Virus record (IMG/VR): IMGVR_UViG_3300007735_000558 | Location: 1-27,068 of that record | Source: a virus | Lineage: Duplodnaviria; Caudoviricetes | Strand: one strand, 5' to 3' | Length of the DNA stretch: 27,068 nucleotides | Shown here: positions 21,657 through 27,068 of the stretch, piece by piece | How positions within the stretch are numbered: the stretch's first letter is position 1 | How the letters are laid out: each line of letters opens with the position of its first letter | Position numbers and translations under genes: made by a program | The notes under the pieces: generated by a model | Told to the model about the DNA's origin: nothing | Databases searched by the model: none | Seen by the model: only the letters and a program-made list of their open reading frames with translations

Positions 21657-22439
21657 ATGACCGCTACCGCTTTGTCCGGCACCGCCGGAGCCCTCTACTA
21701 CAAGCCCGCAGGCACCATCGGCACCTTTGGTGAAGCTGGTGTGAATGCTGCCACTGACGTTATCACCGTCGAGCCTTACCTGAACTTCAAGGCTGGCGAT
21801 CCAGTCAAGTTCCGCATCTACAACCCCAACACTGGTGATACCGTTACTCCCAGTGGTAGTAACGCTGCCCCCGCAGGTATCACTGTTGGCACCACCTACT
21901 ACGTGCTGAGCTACACAGCATCGAGTGGTGCGCTAACAGTTTCCACAGCTTCAGGCGGCACAATTCTACCTATTACCGATGACGGTACACTGGCCGCCCC
22001 TAACGAGTTTGAGGTGTATTACGCCGACTACGCTCCCGTGGGTCAAGTCCGCGACTGGAGCTTTGAGATCAGCCGTTCAGAGATTGACGTAACCACAATT
22101 GGTCAATCTGCTGGGCAGTATGCGCCCTTCCGCAACTACATCTCTGGCTTTGCTGATGGCACAGGGTCCGCAACGGTCTACATGACCGATGAAGATGCTG
22201 CCATGTCAAACCGGATGATCGAAGACGTGCTTCAACGTCAGCAAGTTGGTGCATCCTTCAAGTTGTATATCGAACGCATCGTCAGCAGTGGCACGGTGAA
22301 CGAAACTTTATCTCGTTCTATTTCCATGAGCGCTATCTTGACTAGCGCCAATCTGGCCGCTAACCCTGACAATGCTCAATCAGTTAATGTTAAGTTCCGC
22401 CCCAGCGGTACAGTAAGTTTTGACTTTGCTGCTAGCTGA
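21657..22439 (+). CDS. Major tail (tube) protein with inserted beta domain
   Basis: VGQVRDWSFEISR.EIDVTT...R.YI.GF.DG.GSA.V...NPD.AQ.V.V.FR; followed by a terminator. Confidence 0.85.
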   Translation: MTATALSGTAGALYYKPAGTIGTFGEAGVNAATDVITVEPYLNFKAGDPVKFRIYNPNTGDTVTPSGSNAAPAGITVGTTYYVLSYTASSGALTVSTASGGTILPITDDGTLAAPNEFEVYYADYAPVGQVRDWSFEISRSEIDVTTIGQSAGQYAPFRNYISGFADGTGSATVYMTDEDAAMSNRMIEDVLQRQQVGASFKLYIERIVSSGTVNETLSRSISMSAILTSANLAANPDNAQSVNVKFRPSGTVSFDFAAS

Positions 22440-22456
22440 TTTATTAGATCAACATC

Positions 22457-22482
22457 AGCCCCAGCAAATGCTGGGGCTTTTT
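22457..22482 (+). terminator. Rho-independent terminator
   Basis: AGCCCCAGC-aaat-GCTGGGGCT plus T run. Confidence 0.9.
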
Positions 22483-22517
22483 AGTGCTACAGTACAGAAG
22501 TAAGATGTTTCAATCTC

Positions 22518-22865
22518 ATGGCCTCGGTGCCCAGTAATCGCGCCATCGACCGCCTGCGAAAGGCGGCCAACCTGACTCCCGCCAAGAAAGTCGTCGAGCT
22601 TAGCGACGGCAGCACATTTGAGCTATGGCGCACCCCCTTGGTTGCCGCCGAACGCGAACGCGCTCAGAAGGCTGCCAAAAGCGACGATGCCAACGCTTTT
22701 GCTCTCCAGCTTCTAGTTCAAAAGGCCCTGGACGAAAATGGCACAAGACTGTTTGCTCCTGGTGAGGTTGACGTACTCAAAAACGAAGTACGCGATGCCG
22801 ATCTCCAAGCTCTGATGTTGGCAATTCTGTCTAACGACGGCGACGAAATCGACCCAAAGAGCTGA
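22518..22865 (+). CDS. Tail assembly chaperone (gpG-like)
   Basis: 115 aa between tube and tape measure; KALDENG.RLF; ends ...DPKS over a slippery site. Confidence 0.85.
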   Translation: MASVPSNRAIDRLRKAANLTPAKKVVELSDGSTFELWRTPLVAAERERAQKAAKSDDANAFALQLLVQKALDENGTRLFAPGEVDVLKNEVRDADLQALMLAILSNDGDEIDPKS

Positions 22866-23047
22866 AGGCGCAGCTTAAATCCGATAACTGGCTCATGCTC
22901 CAGCTCCACATCTGCAAGGAGCTGGGGCTGACCCTATCCGAGCTACGCCACCGCATGACCGACGAAGAAATCCTGCTCTGGAGCGTCTTCTTCGAGATCC
23001 TAAACGACCAACAGGACGAGGCAATCCGCAAAGCCAAGCGGCGCTAG
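22859..23047 (+). CDS. Tail assembly chaperone extension (gpT-like), reached by -1 frameshift
   Basis: The -1 frame reads ELKAQLKSDNWLMLQLHICKELGLTLSELRHRMTDEEILLWSVFFEILNDQQDEAIRKAKRR*; slippery heptamer C CCA AAG at 22853-22859. Confidence 0.8.
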   Translation, partial: ELKAQLKSDNWLMLQLHICKELGLTLSELRHRMTDEEILLWSVFFEILNDQQDEAIRKAKRR

Positions 23048-23075
23048 ACTACATCAGAGATAATGTACTACTGCC

Positions 23076-26000
23076 GTGGCTGCCTATAACGCTGAAATTC
23101 GTATAGGCGTAACAGGTCAACGCGACCTAGAGCGACTTCGGTCGTCTATTACCCAAGTAAATACTGCAGTAGATTCACTAAACAGGACTAGACTAAATGT
23201 TGGTGGACTCACACAAAGTCTTAGTAATTTTCAAGATCAGTTAGCCCGCGCAGCGCGTGGTTTAGCTGATGTGCAGCTTGGTAGTGAAGGTGTAACAGGA
23301 GCCCTACGAAACTATGTAAATGCACTAGGAGCTGCTAATACAGCTCAAAGAGACCGTAACCGCTTAATAGAGGAAGAAATCCGTAGTAGGCAGGGTCTTC
23401 AATCACTTCAGGACCGCGACCTGGAGTATTGGAGGCGCCGTAACGCTGTTCAATCTGGTCGGTTCCGCCAACAACAACTACAAGAAGAAACCGCCGCAAC
23501 TCAAAAACTTGCTGCGGAATTAGAGAATGCCAATCATGCTTGGCAGATGTTTGAGCAAATAGGTAAATTACAACATACTCAAGAGCTGGAAAGTGCCGCC
23601 GCGGCTTTTGAAAAGTTCAAAAATGAGACAGTAGCAGGAAACAATGCCTTAGAACGACGTATAGAGTTATCAAATCAACTGGGGCGTATACAGCAATCCG
23701 TAAACACAACGCAAGAGCGTCTTAGCGTTGATAATTCCGCTGCAATGATGCGCCAAGCCAACATGGCGCGTATGTACCGGGAACAAAATCCCGTAGGAAA
23801 CACGCCTTTACTACCCTACGGCGACCCAACGTTAGCCGCAATCCGTGGCGGAGCTAGACGTGTAGGTAGCCAGCGCGAGATAGCGGGTGGGGCGCGTACT
23901 CAAGATGAAGCCGCTGCAACTCTACGTTGGGCCCAAGCCACACAACAGTTGATAGCACCGTTGAATCAAGTAGACGCAATATTGAGAGGTATAGCACAGG
24001 AAACTGCAAGAATTTCATCAACCCCACTGCTTCCAAGCAGTGAAATGCTAAATGCTGGTGGCCGGAGAATACAGCGGCTGCAACCAACATTATTAGGCCC
24101 CGGCACAGCAGCAGGCGAAGCGGGTTTTAGAGGAGCACAACGCAATCAAGCAGAACAAACCGCAGCTGCATCTGCAGGAGCAAAACGTGCCGAATCCTTA
24201 GCTCTAGGTGTCGGCTTCCCACTGATGTTTGGTGCCGGTCCGGGAATGCTAGCCGGATCTTTAGCAGGCTCGTTTATCGGGTCAGGATTTGGCGGTCAAA
24301 TTTTAGGAGGCGGTCTTGGTCAGAAGTTGGATGAAGCAGCAAAGGCGGCAGCTGATTTTTCCCGTAGTATGCGTGATGGCGGTGATGCTGTTGGGTATCT
24401 TACAGAAAAACTTGGCTATGTAAATCCAGAAACAAAGAGACTGATACAAAATTTACAGGAAAGTGGTCAAACAGCAAAGGCAGCAGCTCTAGCCCAGCAC
24501 GAACTTGGTAACGCTATTGGCCCTAGCGCGACGAAAGATCTAAAAGCTTTTGGCGATGTTTGGGATTATGTTGGGAGTAAATTTCAAACATTTACTTTAA
24601 GTGTAACTGCAAATTTGCCTAAACTGGCTGCTCAGTTAGGAGCAACTATAGCCGGTGGCTCGGTTGCAGGAGCAGCCGCAGGCGCATTTGCATCGGCGGG
24701 TTTGCAAAAACTCGGTGCAGCTGTAGCCCCAAAAGAAACTCCCGAAACGAAAGCAGCTACCGAAAAAACAAAAGAATTACGCGATCAGCTTACAATAGCT
24801 AAGGCTAATTACACCGTCACTCTACAAAACGCTACTTTAGATGAAAAAGCATACATAACTGCAAAAGCACAAACTTTACAGGCGCAAAAAACAGCAGATT
24901 ACGAAAAAATTATTAAAGATACAAAAAATGGTAAACTTTCCCCAGCGCAAAAACTCCTAGAAGTACAGAAATTAGAAGTAGATTACGCTGTAAAAGCACG
25001 TGACTTAGATAAAGAGCGTGTTCAGTTGCTAGACCAACGCAATCAAGTTGCCTTAGCCCAGGCTCAAGCTGGCATGCAAGTGGGTATTCTACAACAACAG
25101 GTTCAGCTGGCACGCGAACAAAATACTGCTAGCGATGTACGCAAGGCATCGCTCCAGGGGCAAATAGGAATCCAACAAGCTCTAAACAATCTTGAAACCA
25201 TAAATCTGCAAATTGCACAAGAACGTGCTAAAACTCAAAAAGACATAAATCAAAACAAAATAAAAGAACTTGAAGCGCAACGCAATGTAGCAAATACACA
25301 GGTAAATTTAGCTCAAGCCCAAGCAACCCAGCAGTTTCAGCAAGCTCAAAATAGCGACGAGATTAAAAGTTTGGGGGCGGCTAAAGAAAGATATTCTTTA
25401 CTATTAGAGTACAATAATTTACTAAATAAAGAAACCGAGTTGAGTAAAGGAGGAATACTGGCATTAAAAGACAAATACGATTCACTAAGCAAGGAAGCTA
25501 CTGTAAGACGAACAGTATTAAATATTGAACAAGAAACAGAACTACTCCAACGCCCTGATGCTGCAAATCAAATTAACGCCGTTTATGCGATGCGTCGTTC
25601 TATTCTTGAGAAAAATTTAAGCATTGAAAGACAGATAACAGAAAATCAAATAAAACAAGCAACATCAGCAGCCCGCATGGACATGTACCATACTCGTCGT
25701 GCAGCTGATACCGCTGTGCAAGGTACTGCACGCCAGATAACAACGGCTCAGATAGGTATTGCTGGCTTTGGTATGGGCGAAGGACAAAAAGCAGTTTTGG
25801 AATTAGAAAATACTCAGCAGCAGCGCAGAATAGATTTGCAGCAGCAGTACGCAGATAAATTTAAGGAACTTAATGAACTAATTATGTCTTCTTCTGGGGA
25901 CGAACTTACAAGGGCTACTCAAAAACTCACAGTAGAACAAGAAACATATACTACTCAAGTACAGCAATTAACTGTACTTGACGCACTAGAGCAAAAACAA

Positions 26001-26741
26001 TTAGCTCTAAATGAAATAACACGCCAATATGGCCCGCTTATAGCCGATGTCAGTCAGTCTATAAGTCAGTTAATGACCCAGGGAGTAGCAGATCTGGTTG
26101 CCGGTACGACCACCGCACAGCAAGTATTTTCTGACTTCCTTAAGAGCGTTGGCGACGCCTTGATGAAAGCCGCCCAGCAGATGATCGCGCAGTACCTAGC
26201 AATCGCAGCCGCTAAGGCACTCGCCGGATTGTTCGGCGGTGGGGCGTTAGGCGGCGGCGGAGCAGGGGGTGTAGCCGATGGATCAGCATTTGGGGCCACA
26301 GCGTTTGGTGGTGGAGTTGGCGGTAGTGCTGGCTTTGGAATGCCTAGCATCCTTGGCAGAGCTGTCGGTGGCCCAGTTGCGGGTGGCACGCCCTACATGG
26401 TCGGCGAAAAAGGCCCTGAGCTATTCGTGCCCGGTTCCAGCGGCACCATTATTCCAGCAGACACCACTGCTGCCATGACCCGTTACCAACGCCAATCAGC
26501 GACTGCAGGTAGCGCAGGCGCCACTGGCGGCGCAACAGGCGACGGTTCACCAGCATCCTGGGCAATGAACTTTGAAACCACGCAGTTCCTAGGCCAAGAT
26601 TGGGTAAGCAAAGACCAGTTGATGGCCGCCATGGCAGCAACCGAGAAACGCGCCACCGCAGCAGGCGCCAAGGCTGGAGCGCAACAGGTAGCCACTAAGA
26701 TGAGGACATCACCTGCATTCCGCAGGCAGGTAGGAGTCTGA
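23076..26741 (+). CDS. Tape measure protein
   Basis: 1221 aa, Ala/Gln/Gly-rich and helical; C-terminal RA.GGPV.GG.PY.VGEKGPELFVP.SSG.IIP motif. GTG start. Confidence 0.92.
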   Translation: MAAYNAEIRIGVTGQRDLERLRSSITQVNTAVDSLNRTRLNVGGLTQSLSNFQDQLARAARGLADVQLGSEGVTGALRNYVNALGAANTAQRDRNRLIEEEIRSRQGLQSLQDRDLEYWRRRNAVQSGRFRQQQLQEETAATQKLAAELENANHAWQMFEQIGKLQHTQELESAAAAFEKFKNETVAGNNALERRIELSNQLGRIQQSVNTTQERLSVDNSAAMMRQANMARMYREQNPVGNTPLLPYGDPTLAAIRGGARRVGSQREIAGGARTQDEAAATLRWAQATQQLIAPLNQVDAILRGIAQETARISSTPLLPSSEMLNAGGRRIQRLQPTLLGPGTAAGEAGFRGAQRNQAEQTAAASAGAKRAESLALGVGFPLMFGAGPGMLAGSLAGSFIGSGFGGQILGGGLGQKLDEAAKAAADFSRSMRDGGDAVGYLTEKLGYVNPETKRLIQNLQESGQTAKAAALAQHELGNAIGPSATKDLKAFGDVWDYVGSKFQTFTLSVTANLPKLAAQLGATIAGGSVAGAAAGAFASAGLQKLGAAVAPKETPETKAATEKTKELRDQLTIAKANYTVTLQNATLDEKAYITAKAQTLQAQKTADYEKIIKDTKNGKLSPAQKLLEVQKLEVDYAVKARDLDKERVQLLDQRNQVALAQAQAGMQVGILQQQVQLAREQNTASDVRKASLQGQIGIQQALNNLETINLQIAQERAKTQKDINQNKIKELEAQRNVANTQVNLAQAQATQQFQQAQNSDEIKSLGAAKERYSLLLEYNNLLNKETELSKGGILALKDKYDSLSKEATVRRTVLNIEQETELLQRPDAANQINAVYAMRRSILEKNLSIERQITENQIKQATSAARMDMYHTRRAADTAVQGTARQITTAQIGIAGFGMGEGQKAVLELENTQQQRRIDLQQQYADKFKELNELIMSSSGDELTRATQKLTVEQETYTTQVQQLTVLDALEQKQLALNEITRQYGPLIADVSQSISQLMTQGVADLVAGTTTAQQVFSDFLKSVGDALMKAAQQMIAQYLAIAAAKALAGLFGGGALGGGGAGGVADGSAFGATAFGGGVGGSAGFGMPSILGRAVGGPVAGGTPYMVGEKGPELFVPGSSGTIIPADTTAAMTRYQRQSATAGSAGATGGATGDGSPASWAMNFETTQFLGQDWVSKDQLMAAMAATEKRATAAGAKAGAQQVATKMRTSPAFRRQVGV

Positions 26742-27068
26742 TGGCAGTCGTTGTAATTGGTAATTTTCTAACATTCTTCACGCATGATGGCGGCGCTCGC
26801 TATTGGCAAAACTTCTTTAATGACAATGCCGTTAGCTTTGATAACATTAGCTGGAACCTATTACCGTTTATCTATCAAGGCGCACAAAGAACACGTAATG
26901 GCGATAACATATCAAGCCAGCTAACACTACCAACAAATCAACTAACACTAGCTTGGGCGCGTGATGCAGTAAATAATAGCTGGGTGGCTGAGGTGCGTAC
27001 ATACCAGCTAACATACCAGCAAACTACTGACACCTACCAGCCAATCAAGCCACCACGGGGCCAGGAGT
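26741..27068 (+). CDS. Minor tail/tail-tip protein (partial, runs off window)
   Basis: TGATG overlap; MAVVVIGNFLTF...YWQNFF...LPFIYQGA.RTR.GDN...; frame stays open to the window end. Confidence 0.75.
   Translation, partial: MAVVVIGNFLTFFTHDGGARYWQNFFNDNAVSFDNISWNLLPFIYQGAQRTRNGDNISSQLTLPTNQLTLAWARDAVNNSWVAEVRTYQLTYQQTTDTYQPIKPPRGQE

Noticed and set aside
1-27068. tRNA genes, alternative genetic code, photosynthesis AMGs
   Set aside because: No cloverleaf or T-loop signature seen in intergenic gaps; genes are intact under the standard code and use all three stops; no psbA/hli-like ORF recognised.

Overview
A 27-kb segment of a tailed dsDNA phage genome with siphovirus morphogenesis genes. 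It is very probably a picocyanobacterial (Synechococcus/Cyanobium-type) cyanosiphovirus, judged from a cyanobacterial-type sigma-70 factor, a lysozyme + C39-peptidase endolysin and the small-ORF families. The order is: end of lysis cassette and HNH; a leftward operon (prim-pol/PriCT-2/AAA helicase, an array of small translationally coupled ORFs, sigma factor); rightward SSB-like and PD-(D/E)XK nuclease genes; an accessory region with an ArdA-like gene; putative terS, a two-gene insert, terL, portal, scaffold, major capsid, neck, tail tube, frameshifted tail chaperone, tape measure and the start of a tail-tip gene. I recognised no integrase, repressor, canonical DNA polymerase, tRNA, rRNA or CRISPR array. 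The main unexplained signals are five C-NGY-G triloop hairpins plus an exact CCCGCAAACC box at the starts of the three high-copy assembly genes (a candidate post-transcriptional regulon), a shuffled ORF array joined by ATGRCTRA overlaps, an inverted-repeat array in the helicase 3' end (candidate origin), a candidate antisense RNA, and two HLR1-like boxes. All product calls come from motif recognition and gene order, not from database searches.
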